A DNA stretch of 64,000 nucleotides, taken from Podarcis vaucheri (lineage: Eukaryota). The stretch lies in NCBI GenBank assembly GCA_965113315.1, contig OZ220372.1; one strand, written 5' to 3'. How positions within the stretch are numbered: position 1 is the first letter of the stretch; each line of letters opens with the position of its first letter. Of the stretch, positions 11,423 through 24,175 are shown in pieces. The position numbers were made by a program, and so were the translations under genes. The notes under the pieces are model-generated. The model ran no database searches. It saw only the letters and a list, made by a program, of their open reading frames with translations, and was not told where the DNA came from.

Positions 11423-14400
11423 TACCGCCATCTCATTTATGTGCTGCTTGCCCATGACCCTTGCCCTCCTCCTCTACTCCCACACAGGCGCTAACTCATA
11501 TTCATTCCTTCTCTTTGCCATGGCAACCATCTTCTTTCTGCAGGCTGTCATACACTCCGGTGATAGCTCGAAACAGCCCAAACTTTCCTTTCATGTCACC
11601 AAATATCATTTTGCCCGTGCTGCACTCTTGCTTTAATCATGTTATCTCCCTTCTAGTCTGCTCGGCGTGATGTCGTTTCAAACGATTCTGCTCCTTTTCT
11701 CCTGTTTTGATGTGTGTGTGTGTTTTTCTGGTACAACCTGTAAAGCTATAAATAGGCCAACGTAACTCTTTCTTGGGGACTGATATTGGTCTTACTTGAT
11801 GGGCGTTTTATATAGAAGGCAAAATATTCTTATGAACATTTTACCTGGGGAGACCTTTTCATTTAGTGGTAATAAAGCATTGCCAGGTTCTTTAGGGCAC
11901 CATTCCTGCTATTGGCCTGAATAATGTGCTGGTCCATTAGAATACATGTAGAAGGGAAAAAAAAGAGATCCCACTTCAACAGAGCTGAAATTTGGGAGGT
12001 AGCTATCCATCACAGACAACACTGATTTTTTAATTTTTCTAAAGACACTTTAGGGAAACTACTGAAGGGAAATACTTGAGCTCTCATTAAAGAAAGACAA
12101 ATATCAGATTCACACAAAGGGTAGCACAGGTGGCTGGTTGCAATTGTAGCCAAATTGCCGTGTATGGAACAGTGTCATAATTCCCCAACCTAATGCCCTC
12201 CATTTTGTGCTGGACATACACATACACACACCCAATCATTCCTTATCTTGGGCCTTGGTGGCTGCAGCTGAGGGGATTTGGAGTCCAACAACACCTGGAA
12301 GGCATCAGTCTGGGAAGGCTGTCATAAAACTTTTTAAAAAAAAGAGTTGACATATTTGACAAGAACTGAATGTCACAGGAACCTACTTCTCATGTGATGC
12401 AGACCCCCCTCATGGATGTGCTAGAAGCAGCCATGCATATGGGTCACTGTTGTTGTGACTCAGGCCACACAGCACACATGAGGATGCCTTCAGAATGAGG
12501 ATTTCTGGAGTGTCAGATTTGCTGTTGTAATAAATGCATACATATTTAATGAATAGTCATTGTTATGAGCAATGTATGTAATCCTGGAAATCATGGAATT
12601 GTAGAGTTGCAAGGGACCTCAAGAGTCATTAAAAAACTTTATTGAATAAAACACTATATATATATATAATTACAAAGTTTCTTTAAAAAAAAAATCTGCA
12701 GAGGGGTCAGTCCTTCCCCTCTGTCACAATAAGAGAAGAGAAGAAACTACCCCAGGTTAGCTTACTTCACAACCCACAGCTACTATTCTGGCATTTATGG
12801 AAATTTTCAAATCTAAATGAGCTGTTTGGGTTAGTTTTTAGGCCAGGGCTGACTAACCACTGGTCTAGAAGACTGGAATAGGCCCCAAGCGATTTCTGCA
12901 CCCTCCTGTAACCCCAGGCAGGGTGGCAAAAGTAGATTGAAGGGCTGTAGGAGAAGCAACAGTCTTTCCCAATGTGAAATGACATATTTTGACAGCACAC
13001 CAGTTCAGATCATCCAATGAAACATTTTTAAATTATAGTAGGTTTCTCTGGGGCACGCTCTTTTAAGACTCCACTTACATAAGCTACTGTGCTCAATCAA
13101 AAATGATTTCTTTATTCCTAAACTTCAAGGCAAGGAGGATTTCTATACGTGCTGTTTCTGACCTGATTTTAGCTCTTCGTCTCCAGTTCCTTGCTCTTTC
13201 TTCCTCTGTCTCCTCCTGCATTATTCTGTCTGATTTTCCTCTATGTCGCTTCCTAATTGTAAGACGCTTCGGGGTTTGCAATAGCACTTTTGTTTAGCAC
13301 ATGGAAGGCACTGACCTTTCTGCCTAGTGGTTTTTTTGTGGGAAATCTCCACATGCATTTGCCACAAAAGCTTTAAAAGGGCAGAGACTCATTCACACGT
13401 TCAGTTTTCGTTTGTTGAAAAGCTGCAATCCACGACTTACATTTATCCATTACAGAGACTCATATAATATGAAAAGTTCTTATTCGTTGAGAATTTTCAG
13501 GGGTTAAGGGCTTGTCAAGGGGGTAGCAGACTTATTGAGGTGGGTTTAGCATTCCTTTCTAGAGACCTGGCAGAGGGGAGCTATGGAGGATGAAGAAAGC
13601 CCTGCTTGCCAATGCCTTCCTCTCACTTTCACATTGAGCCTATGAAGCTGCTCTGTACTGAGTCAAATTATGGATCCATCTAGCAAAGCATTGTCTACAG
13701 AGCTGGCTCAATCATGATTCACACTGAGCCAGGTGGCTGAGGTGGTGGATTAGAGCTGGGGTGGACTTTTGGAGACACAAAATCTGTTCAACAAACTTCT
13801 TTGCAAATGAATTCAAGATATTGTGATTAATAGTTCCCCCCCTCCACGCCAAAAAACCCCCCTATTTTCATTACACAATGTGTACTTAGCTCAATGTGTT
13901 AAAATACGCTTGGATTTCTTTCCTATATATTGCCTGTGTCTTGTTTTATTAGGCAACAGCTGCAAAGAGAAGGAAAGGTCTGTGGAAAGAGCCCTCCAAC
14001 TCCCTGTCAGTCTTTCCTCCCTGGAATGGAAAGCACCAACCACAGCTTGCTGACGAGCCAAATAACTGCTACATTAGAGACTGCCTTGCATCCTTGCAAT
14101 TAGGTTGATTGTGCGAAGTAGCAAGCATCTGAGCGCAAGCCCAGGAAGGGAGATGAAACTAAAATCCGTTAATGTGAAGTTTTCTGATGTTGAAAACAGC
14201 AGCAGCTGCAAGAGTCTGGAGATAGTCGTGTCTGTATGAACCTTTATTCTCCCCCTTCCAACATTTGAAAGGAAGTCTAATGATGAATCATACACTGCTC
14301 TATAAATAAAACATGACGATGGATTGCCAGACTCAGAAACATTCTCATTAAAGCCTGTTGTTTTTAAATCCAAAGAGCCTCATTTATTATTTTAATCTCT

Positions 14401-15409
14401 GAATCATTTGGGGACAATTGCACCATAATGTCAAATACACTTCAGTTGTGCAGTGAAATTTAACTATGTTACATGCAATAGAAATTCATGTCCAGTTTAG
14501 AATTCTGTATAAGTAGCTGCCACTGTAGGATGACTCACTGATATGATATATATCCACAAATTTCCGTCTACAGAGTCAGGAGCAAGAAGAAGGACCTGCC
14601 AGATTTCCATCTTCATTCCAAAAAAAGCACTTGCTAAGTGGCTATTGAGTTTCCGATACTACTCTTAAAAGAGATCGCATTGCTCATTTTCTTCTTGAAT
14701 TAAAAACAAAAACTAGCACATGGTGACGAGTGGGAAGCTCACAGTTAAGAAAATATTCTCTTCACTGTTAATGAGTTAGAATAGTCCACAGTGTCTCTCT
14801 AGATACATAAATAATAGAAAGCTGCATAAATTGTTAAGAGACACTTGGCCCCAGTAGTGATCATTCTTTTTCTTCTAAATAGGACCTGATTAATACCACG
14901 TACAAGCACCTGTGATTACCACTGAAGCAGTTCAGCAGATTGCAGTTGTTACATCATTGCCTCCAGAGCAGCTCTTCAGAACTCAGAGAGGATTATTCCA
15001 GCGTCAGAAGAGCAGAGCCTAAAAGGAAGATCCACAAATAATTTAAATGAGAGTGCTTCTTTGTATCTACAGACAACCCACAAAGAAGCCAATTCAGTCT
15101 TGAGTGTAAGCCTGAGGGTCCATGATGCATTGTCTCAATATTCATAAAATATATTTTTGTCAAGCGATATCTTGGCAAAAAAAGAAAATAAAAAACCCAA
15201 CAACACATAGTGGAAAGGTCAGGTCTTCAGCAACCTTGTACTCACTCAAATCTCCATTACCACCTTCAGCTAATGGGCTGACAGTGGGATTGTTCCAACA
15301 TGGGTATTAAATAGGTCTCTGTTTTATTCTCTATTACAAGTTTGCATTCATTATTTTGGCATTAATTCCCTTGTTTTATTCATCCTGTTCAACTGATTCT
15401 ACATTAAAA

Positions 15410-16092
15410 TAAAAAAATTCCTTCCAGTAGCACCTTAAAGACCAACTAAGTTAGTTCTTGGTATGAGCTTTCGTGTGCATGCACGCTTCTTCAGATACAC
15501 TGAAACAGAAGTTGCCAGATCCTTCTATATAGTGAGAAGGTGGGGAGGGGTATTACTCAGAAGGGTGGTGGGAATGGGAGATTGGCAGATAGCTGAGATG
15601 AGCCTGTTGACGACTCTTAACAACTGTAATAGGTCTTACAGGAAAAGGCCAGGGGTGAGAAGGTGAGAAATAGCTTAGTCATGTATAATGAGATAATAAT
15701 CCAATGTCTCTGTTCAGACCAGGTCTCTCCATGGTTTTAAGTTTGGTAATGAGTTGCAATTCAGCAGCTTCTCTTTCCAGTCTATTTCTGAAATTCCTTT
15801 GTAGTAAAACAGCTACTTTGAGATCTTGTATAGAATGTCCTGGGAGATTGAAGTGTTCTCCTACTGGTTTCTCTGTTTTGTGATTCTTGATGTCAGATTT
15901 ATGTCCGTTTATTCTTTGGCGTAAGGTTTGGCCTGTTTGTCCAATATAGAGAGCTGAAGGACACTGTTGGCATTTGGTGGCATACACAATGTTAGACGAT
16001 GAGCAATTAAATAGTCCCGAGATGGTATGTGTGATGTTGTTGGGGCCAGTAATGGTGTTGTCCGGGTGTATGTGGCAGCAAAGTTGGCATCT
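15410..16092 (-). mobile_element. 5'-truncated Penelope-like retroelement (GIY-YIG endonuclease end plus 3' pseudo-LTR)
   Basis: Frame RCQLCCHIHPDNTITG...FNCSSSNIVYATKCQQCPSALYIGQTGQTLRQRINGH...VGEHF...REAAELQLI...GLN, stop at 15679: a GIY-YIG domain typical of PLEs. The 3' end TTGGTCTTTAAGGTGCTAC is typical of reptile Penelope. Confidence 0.9.
15461..15498 (-). ncRNA. Minimal type I hammerhead ribozyme motif of the Penelope element
   Basis: GUAU-CUGAAGA-A-GCGUG(CAUG)CACAC-GAAA-GCUC-AUAC: conserved core CUGANGA/GAAA, stem I GUAU/AUAC, stem II with one C.A mismatch, and palindromic AGCU in place of helix III. Confidence 0.75.
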
Positions 16093-16707
16093 GTAACTGA
16101 TTCTACATTGGTTGCTTTGTCCATCATCCTTTCTCCTAAGTACAGAGTAACTCGAGCTGTTATTTCTTTATTTGCTTATTCATTTGTTGCCTTCTTTTTA
16201 TGCTATCTTGCCTTCATTTTATGTAATGGGTCTGGTGCCAGAATAAAGTCTTAAATTCATTTCGGTTACATAACTGGTTCTGTGGTCACCTTTGTTGCTT
16301 AAGCTTTGTCCATGGGAGATTGATTATAGTTCACCCCCCCCCCCGTGGAAATATGTGAGTTGCAATATGGCCACAACATTTATCCTTAGCCCCATTTATC
16401 ACTGGGATCAAACCAGCCCAAGTGCATGTCTGCCAATAAGAATATGTTCCCAGGCACTGGTATATCTATCCCCACCAGAAATTTCCACCAGCGTGTATAA
16501 TGTGTGGAGCTCCACCTTCCAACTAATTGCAGTCAATGTTCCTTGTAAGTATGAAGTATCTCTTCTCTCTCTTTTTCTTTATTCAGGCAGCTTTATATAT
16601 TCATGTTTCATTACTTCTCTTCATTATGTTTTTTGGGTCGTCTTCTTGCTCAGTATTTGTATCAAATACTTATACCATTACCTCAAAGGACAAATAAATA
16701 CCTTTTG

Positions 16708-17311
16708 TTTTTGTTTTGTTTTTTTAAATGATATTTATTAAAGTTTAACAATTACAAAAAAGAAAAGAAAAGCAGGCAGTGATAAAAAAAGAAAAAAGAT
16801 TACAATACTTCAAAAATAAAAGAAAAGTACAATACTAAGAAAAAAAAGAGAAAAGAAAAAAACCCAAAATCAATACAACAAAGCAATAAGAGTGAAAAAA
16901 CAAAAACATTTAAAAACACTAACATCCAGTATTTTCATATCTTTATCTTTCATTTACTTGTTTCCTTGACTTCTTCACACCTCCCTTTTTGTATTCTAAT
17001 TCAATTAGTTGTTTCAGCAAGTCCTTTCCCTCTTTCTCAAACTTTGTTCCATAGTTTATCTTGACAAATTTAACGTTAAATTTTACACTTTGACCCATTA
17101 ACAATCTATTTTTACTTAATTCTTTATAACCTTTCTGCTAAAACCATGTAAATTCATTCCAGCATCTTTCTAACATTCATTAATTTTACAATGTTTTTGT
17201 AAATATACTTTAAATTTTTTCCAATCTTCTTCCACTGACTCTTCTCCCTGGCCTCGGATTCTGCCAGTCATTTCCGCCATTTCCATGTAGTCCATCAGTT
17301 TCATCTGCCAT
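16708..17311 (-). mobile_element. L1-clade LINE 3' fragment with TSD
   Basis: WQMKLMDYMEMAEMTGRIRGQGEESVEEDW is related to the 8.8-kb copy; A-rich tail. 15-bp TSD AATAAA(T/A)ACCTTTTG at 16693-16707 and 17312-17326. Confidence 0.8.
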
Positions 17312-17964
17312 AATAAAAACCTTTTGAACTATGTGTTTGCAGTATGAGTTAAATTGTTCTGGTTTTCCTTTACTGGGAGCTCATATAGCATCCAGAAGTT
17401 TATCTAGTTGCTTGCCATATGGATAACCCTGCTTAAAGATGGGCCATCTGCCTTGCAGTTCCCTAACATGTGTTCCTATTTTCTATTTTGAGCAGTGTCT
17501 CCGGTTTATGAATGTTGTGTCTGTTTAGCTCTTTGGCTGGTCACCTGACATTACTATATTTATGAATTAGTCTCTCTTGCTCTCACATACACACACTACC
17601 AATTTTTCTGGTTTCGGATAATGGTGGAAATTCAGTCTTTATGGCATTGACCCTCTCTTTACAAGTGCTCATGAACATTCCAATTATTCTATGCTATGTG
17701 CATCCGTGTGAAATCCTGGCAACTTTCTGCTTAAAAAAAGAATACTGTTGCTGAGTTTGCTGAGAGCTTGCAACTTCAAGTCACAACTATCTCCATTAAG
17801 ATTTGACATCTTTTAGGCAGCAACCAGTGCTATTGTTCTCTTATAATGGCAATAGTATCCACCTTGGAGGTGCTGGAACTGAGTTCAGGTGACTTCCAGC
17901 TGAATAAAAGCCCTGGCAATAATACTCAGTTGCTTGACTAATTGAAATTATCAGCAGTCTTCCT

Positions 17965-18745
17965 ATTAATGTATTTATTTAATCCATATTCTGCCATTCA
18001 TCTGAGGATCATAGAGTAGTTTACATTACAGGAATACTTCCATGAACGTCCGCCTTGTCTAGCGTCCATTCCGGCGAACATCCATGGCAAACCCAGAAGT
18101 ACTGGAACTGGGTTACTTCCGTGTTTGCCGCTCGTGCATGCGCAGAAGTGCAAACCACTCCATGCGCATGTGCAGATGCGGCGCTTTGCGCTACGTCCTT
18201 TTCGGCTAGCGGCCGGGGCTCCAGAACGTATCCCAGCTGCAAAATGAGGTGCGACTGTATAAAAACACAAACATGCAAAACAATACCACCACCACCCAGC
18301 TTGGAAGGGCAAAGATTGTTTAATTAAATGAAGGCCTAGGAAATGGCCTTTAGAATGGCACCTAAAGATCTGTAACTAAGGCACCAGGCGAGCCTCGCTA
18401 GGAAGAATATTCCGCAAGTTCCACTGCAGAAAAGGTCCATTCTCATGAGCTTTCATGGATGGGGAACATGAAGAAGGTCCTCAGATGGTGATTTCAGGGT
18501 CTGTGGACCTGAGCCATTTAAGGCTTTATAGGTCAAAACCAGCACTTTGCATTGGGCCCAGAAACTAATTGGCAGCCAGTGCAGTCGGCCCGGGATCAGT
18601 GTAATATGCTCAAACCATCTTGCCCTGGCAAGCAACCTGGCTACGGAATTCTGCACCAGCTGAAGTTTCAGAACCGTCTTCAGAGACAGCCCCGTGTATA
18701 ACGGGTTGCAGCAATCTAACCCAGAGGTTACCAGAGCATAGACAG
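17965..18745 (-). mobile_element. L2 3' fragment interrupted by a Tc1/mariner MITE
   Basis: QNSVARLL...HIT...LHWLPI...KVLVLTYKALNGSGP is the L2 ORF2 C-terminus. Confidence 0.8.
18029..18257. mobile_element. Tc1/mariner-type MITE
   Basis: TA-flanked, degenerate TIRs CAG...ACYTC / GAGGTGCGACTG, CpG-rich interior. Confidence 0.6.
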
Positions 18746-20814
18746 CCCTCTGTCCTACTAGTGATTTCAGTTGTCAAAAAGCTTCTAAGGGCCAAACTGT
18801 ATCCTATGCTTAAGGTGTAGCATGCAGCTACATCTCCACCCAAGTTCAAGAAATGTAGGAGGGAAGAGAGAAAGGGGAGGGGAGGGGATTGAGGAAACTC
18901 GAGTCACCTTTACAGATAAAAACAAAAACCACTAAAAGCATAGGGGGCAGTAGCTAAAAACATTGGTAGAATTAAACTATATGAAATTGATTAAAACCAT
19001 ACAAATAATGGCAATAAAAACAGCATGGGATTTAAGGCATCTTCTTTTAAAAAAATAATTATTTGCAGTAGTTACGTACATAAATGTTTAAAAATGGGAG
19101 AAATACATGCAGAGTTTAAAGGTCCGCAAAGTTATTCTGAAAGTTACTTTGTCTCATCTCTGAGGCCTTTATATAATACGTATCAATTTAAAATAGGGTT
19201 AGGGTTCTCATTGCAATATTACCCCAAATCATAGCCCCACAAACCGAACAAGCAGTTCCAAGATGTATGTGCATGACTGCTTCGCCTGCTTGAGTTCTTT
19301 GCCATTTCCATAGCAGTTTGGATTTCACGCATCAGTGATAGCAAATCTCTTTAAAAACAACAGCATACAATCCCCTTATCCTGGATGAAGCAGAGGTAAA
19401 TCAAGGCCTGATGTTCTTTCCCAGAGGTTATTCCCTGCCTTCCCGTCTGTGCTTCAACCCTGAAACTAACTCAGGGAAGATAATGAATCGAGGCGGATGT
19501 TATTCTGGAAGAACTGTGTGTAATTTATCCTGCTGGAAGATAGACACGTATCCTCTTCTCCATATTACATTTTAATGCGGCTTAAGTTATGGGCATGATT
19601 TCCAAGAGCACATCAGGGCCTTCTTACAATGACACAAATATGACTCTCTTTTTCTAACTTGGTAGTCTTTGCCTTTCATTAATACCCAGCATTGATTCCA
19701 GCAGCTGCATAAGAACAGATCGCAACAACACAATCCAGTATGTGCTTCATCTTTCTGAAGCAGAATGTAAAGTGCCCAAGTTCCTGATGAATGTATTACA
19801 CAACTTCTTTGATATATGAATCAGCTAGATGTTATGCTCTCAAAATTCATTAAAAGTCCTCAGGCAGTTAAGCTTCACGCTTATTATAAATTATTCTGCC
19901 CAGCTGGGCTAATCATAACTTTTTACCCAGCCAAGTCATAATGTAATCAGTTACCTTCCTGAAATGTAACCGGCAGCACACAGTCTTCCGGATGTTCAGA
20001 ATCTCCAGGTTAGCTAGGTGATAATCTTTCCTGGTATGTTCAAAAATGATACAGAAGGGGACTCCTAATAAATTATAAGCTTCAATACAAACAGTAAGAT
20101 GACAATAACAGCATAATTCATATGCCTTACATGAAGCCTAACCTAATTCTCACCAATTCAGTTCTGTCCTAATCTGTCCCACATCACTTTTATAAAGGCA
20201 GGGAATTCTTTCTCCAAACTGCAGTACAAACACATGCACAAAGTTGTTTCCATTTTCACAGATTACACTTCATTGTGGGACTTGGTATCAAAACAAGGGA
20301 CTTGTTAGTTTAAGTAACATATATTGTCATATTGTAAAAAGAAAGGGACTTTCTGTTTTTCCACAATTAAAGTCAATATTATTTAATTTTTAAAGTGAGC
20401 TTAACGTTTGTGTATCCCGATATAATTTTAATTTTCATCAGGCTATTGTTTTAAAGAAAAACACTTTAAAATGATTAAATCAGATTTTTAGAAATCCAGT
20501 TGATAAAAAAATCTGCTATTTATTTAATCTACCCTGAATGCCATATTAAAACCAATGCTCACAATCATATATGAATGCAATGCAGTACATTAATATGCAC
20601 TGATTCATGCATGTCCCACCCACTTGTCCACATACAGTATGTGTACATCTGCAATGGCTGTGAAGTATACATCTTGTTGGATCCTAAGCACAGTGTGGAA
20701 TGAAAGTGAAATGTATTTCTGGAGCTGAATTGGTCAGCTACAGTACTGATACGCTTTGGCTTGAAGTACACATATAATTATTACATGTGTACATCAAGAT
20801 GTCAAATCTACTGC

Positions 20815-21190
20815 GATACCTCAAGGACCTTCTTCATCGCATATGAACCGACCTGGAACCTGTGATCATCACCTGAGGCCCGTCTTGTGCCTCCTCAAGA
20901 GGTCTGGAGGATGGCAACACAAGAACCGGTCTTTTCTCTGGAGGCTTCTCCCTTGTGGAATGGGGAGACCCAATGAGCCTCATTTGGTGTCTTCATTACA
21001 TACCTTTAGGCACCAGGCAGAACATTCCTCTTCTCCCAGACATTTGGCTAATTAAACAATCCTGTTTAATTAACAATTAACAAACCTGTTGGGGTGCATT
21101 GGTTTTATTTGTTATTATGGTATGTATTTTGGTGTTTTTATATTGTAAACTGCCCTGTGATCTTCAGATGAAGGACTGTATAGAAGTTTT
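20815..21190 (+). mobile_element. L2 3' fragment
   Basis: Resembles the reverse complement of the 17965-18500 tail; ends TGTAAACTGCCCTGTGATCTTCAGATGAAGG. Confidence 0.65.
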
Positions 21191-21945
21191 GATCATCATA
21201 CATTCAACAGATTGAGCAGTTGTGAACTTACCAGAACTTCACACCAAGAGCATCTATTTCTGTGGGTCTTGTCTGCTGAGAAGTCAAGACTGCTTAGACT
21301 TATTAGAATATGAGCCATAAATGATTCACATTGATTCAAAGATGAATATTCTAATGACAGAGATAACCTCCTATCATGAAGGAGATGGAGATTAAGAAAG
21401 GGTTGACAGAGGCAATATCCTCTCTCTAGCTCCCTTGCATAGGATCCTATAAGCTTCTTTGGTCTTCTACTCTGTGGGTGGCAGTACAATTTGGCACACT
21501 CTCAATCAGAAACCAACACATATACAGAATGAATGTTCTATCACTTCCTGGATGTCTGAATGAGAAAAGCTTCCAGTAATCCTCAGCCAATATGCACCAT
21601 TGCTGCCCAAAGTAGCTGAGCATGAGGGACGCACTCAGACAGGAACTATAGAATTTGCTGCCACGAGAAGATGGTGGGCCACCAGCTCAGATGATTTTAA
21701 AAGGGGATGAGACAGATTTCTGGAGAATAAAGTTGTCAATGGCTACTAATTGTGGTGGCTATATATCTCCAGGGTCAGCGGCAGCAAGTTTCTGAATATT
21801 TGTTGCGGAGGAACAACAGCAGGAGTGTCCTCTAGCACTCATGGTCTACATGTGAGCTTCTCATAGGCATCCAGTTGGGGAAAAAGATGCTGGATGAGAC
21901 AGGTTTTTTAAAAAAATCTGAGCCAGCAGGACTCGCCTTATGTTT

Positions 21946-21953
21946 AGATAGAT

Positions 21954-21993
<40 letters not shown>
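21946..21993. repeat. (GATA)n microsatellite
   Basis: Direct reading. Other simple repeats: (CT)n about 4155-4205 and 37712-37752, (AGT)n about 7313-7340, (GT)n 8535-8562, (TTTA)/(TTAC)n about 42868-42923, (GAGT)/(GATT)n about 44309-44350. Confidence 0.95.
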
Positions 21994-21994
<1 letters not shown>

Positions 21995-22482
21995 GATAGC
22001 AATTGAAACTGTAAGTGCAGAATGTTTGGTGGTGGTGGCAGCAACCATGGAAGCAACCCAAACTGGATTTGTTCATAAATTTGGTGGAAAGGTTCCCCTT
22101 TAATAAAGCTAAGGAAGTTAGCCCTGCCACCCCAAAACTTTACCTACTGTTATGCATAAATATATACATTACGGTTACATCATTTTTTGAACAAAACCTA
22201 TGATAGGGTACATCACCCCTTGGCATACTGGAGAAACTCATGTCATGTAGCATCGGAATCCCTGTCACAAACAGTCATGCTTCAGGGCTTTGTCAGGCTT
22301 ATTTGGTAGAATAGGCACCTTCTAAGTGACAGCTCTTAAAAAGACAGAACTTTGCTGATGCTTTTCGCATTAAAACATCTGTAATGAATTGCAACATGTC
22401 TGCTTGTCAACAGGCTGGCTCCATTTTTGTGATAGCCAGGAGACTCCTATAACAAACACGCTGAATTTATACAACTTGGGCA

Positions 22483-22783
22483 NNNNNNNNNNNNNNNNNN
22501 NNNNNNNNNNNNNNNNNNNNNNNNNNNNNNNNNNNNNNNNNNNNNNNNNNNNNNNNNNNNNNNNNNNNNNNNNNNNNNNNNNNNNNNNNNNNNNNNNNNN
22601 NNNNNNNNNNNNNNNNNNNNNNNNNNNNNNNNNNNNNNNNNNNNNNNNNNNNNNNNNNNNNNNNNNNNNNNNNNNNNNNNNNNNNNNNNNNNNNNNNNNN
22701 NNNNNNNNNNNNNNNNNNNNNNNNNNNNNNNNNNNNNNNNNNNNNNNNNNNNNNNNNNNNNNNNNNNNNNNNNNNNNNNNNNN
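22483..22783. other. Assembly gap (301 N)
   Basis: Run of N. Confidence 1.
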
Positions 22784-23342
22784 ATGCAACTGAGCATAAT
22801 TTTGTTATGCAATTTAAACGGCATCTTTCAGAAGTCCTTTGGTATTGCCAAGGAGAGATTAATCAGCTTTAATCAGACTTAGTCTACCTATCTTCCACAC
22901 CAGAGTTCCACTTCAGATCATGCTCCTCCTGTGCCTGCAGTTTAATTTAATAGTCCATTCAGGCAATTGCTAATTGTGGAAATGGTGTCCTAGGCGGGCT
23001 GCAAGCTTTGATAACCAAAATCAGGATATTTTCACAGGTATGATATAATGAAATTACAAAACATCAGACTGTAATGATGAGGGTTTTATTATTTTCTCTG
23101 ATTCAAAGAATACCATTTCTTGTTTCTGAATTTAAACCATCTTCATGACCTGGCAATAAAGGGTACGTAGCCCCTCCCACCCAAAGAAAACCTCATCAAC
23201 AAATGGTAGATATGTCTATAGAAGGGAGCATTGCTGTTCACACGAGGCTGGTTAAAGCAGGATACTTTCATTTCAACAAGTCACTGCAAGTTTAGGATTC
23301 CTTCAATATCTAGGTGTTTTTGTATTGTTTTGTTTTCTTACA

Positions 23343-24060
23343 TGTAGGATCCTCCTAAATTGAGGGTCCTGCTTGCACTCGAGCCCCTTAAGCCACCCCC
23401 TTGGGGTGAGTTGTTACTAGGCATGGCCCAAGCCTTGTCAGTTGGGCCCTGGGATCGTGCCTGGCTGTTTGGGCCAGTTGGGGCAGGTGGCGTGATCCTG
23501 GGGTCCTATAAGTGCGGCAGCATGACGTGGGTGGGGCACTTGCTTCGCAGTACCGAACACCTGCCCTCCCTCCCCCCCCAATTTGGTGCTGCTGCTTTGG
23601 CCTTGCTTTGGATTGGGTCACCTGCTTTGGAGCAGGGGCTGGGTAGGAATTTTTCCATTTGGCAGATTGGCTTTGGCAGCTTGGTTTTCGCCTACCCCCT
23701 TAGCAATCCTCACAACTTTGTAAGGTTTGGCGGTTAGGCATTGGTTTATAGAAATGTGCAGGAGGAGAGGTGTGGCCATCACCTGCCCCTCCAGAATTAG
23801 GGTATTCCGGTAAAGGAATCTGGGGGTCCTGGATCTCGTCCGAAGTCCAGTTGAGGGGCTAGGGCCATGCCAGGACCACAGGAACCCCGGGGTGAGCGTC
23901 AATCAATCTTCACCGATGTTGCTCCCTCGTTTGTTGTTTACCCTTTCAGACTGCCAGCCAGAGAGGCTGGAGTCAGTTATAGTCTCTGACCAATGCCTAG
24001 GCCAATTTGTTTTGTAATCAATAAAGTTGTGGCCAAATGTTGCCCAAAAACTTGGGGCGC
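23343..24060 (+). mobile_element. Non-coding repeat unit of about 0.72 kb, putative terminal-repeat remnant of a DIRS/Ngaro-type or LTR retroelement (element B); boundaries approximate
   Basis: GC-rich, with a TATAAG box near 23507 and AATAAA at 24020-24025 followed by GTTGTGGCC. An internal segment (23710-23745) is complementary to the 3' end. Motif order is shared with element A. Confidence 0.5.
23641..23697 (+). promoter_or_regulatory. ENE-like U-rich internal-loop hairpin
   Basis: GGGUAGG-AA-UUUUU-CCA...UGG-UUUU-CG-CCUACCC: 7-bp lower stem, U5/U4 internal loop and upper stem. A structurally equivalent copy lies at 691-654 (minus). Confidence 0.45.
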
Positions 24061-24135
24061 AAACTGCTAATGGTTTCAACATTTTACAAGTCAGCAATTG
24101 GCCATCCTTGGACAGTCTGGGGCAAATCCTTTTCA

Positions 24136-24175
24136 AAAATGGAAAGTGGTTCAATAAAATGGAAAGTGGTTCAAT
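24136..24175. repeat. Perfect 20-bp tandem duplication
   Basis: AAAATGGAAAGTGGTTCAAT x2. Confidence 0.9.

Noticed and set aside
22370-22824. ORFs of 125-139 aa
   Set aside because: Artefacts of the N gap.
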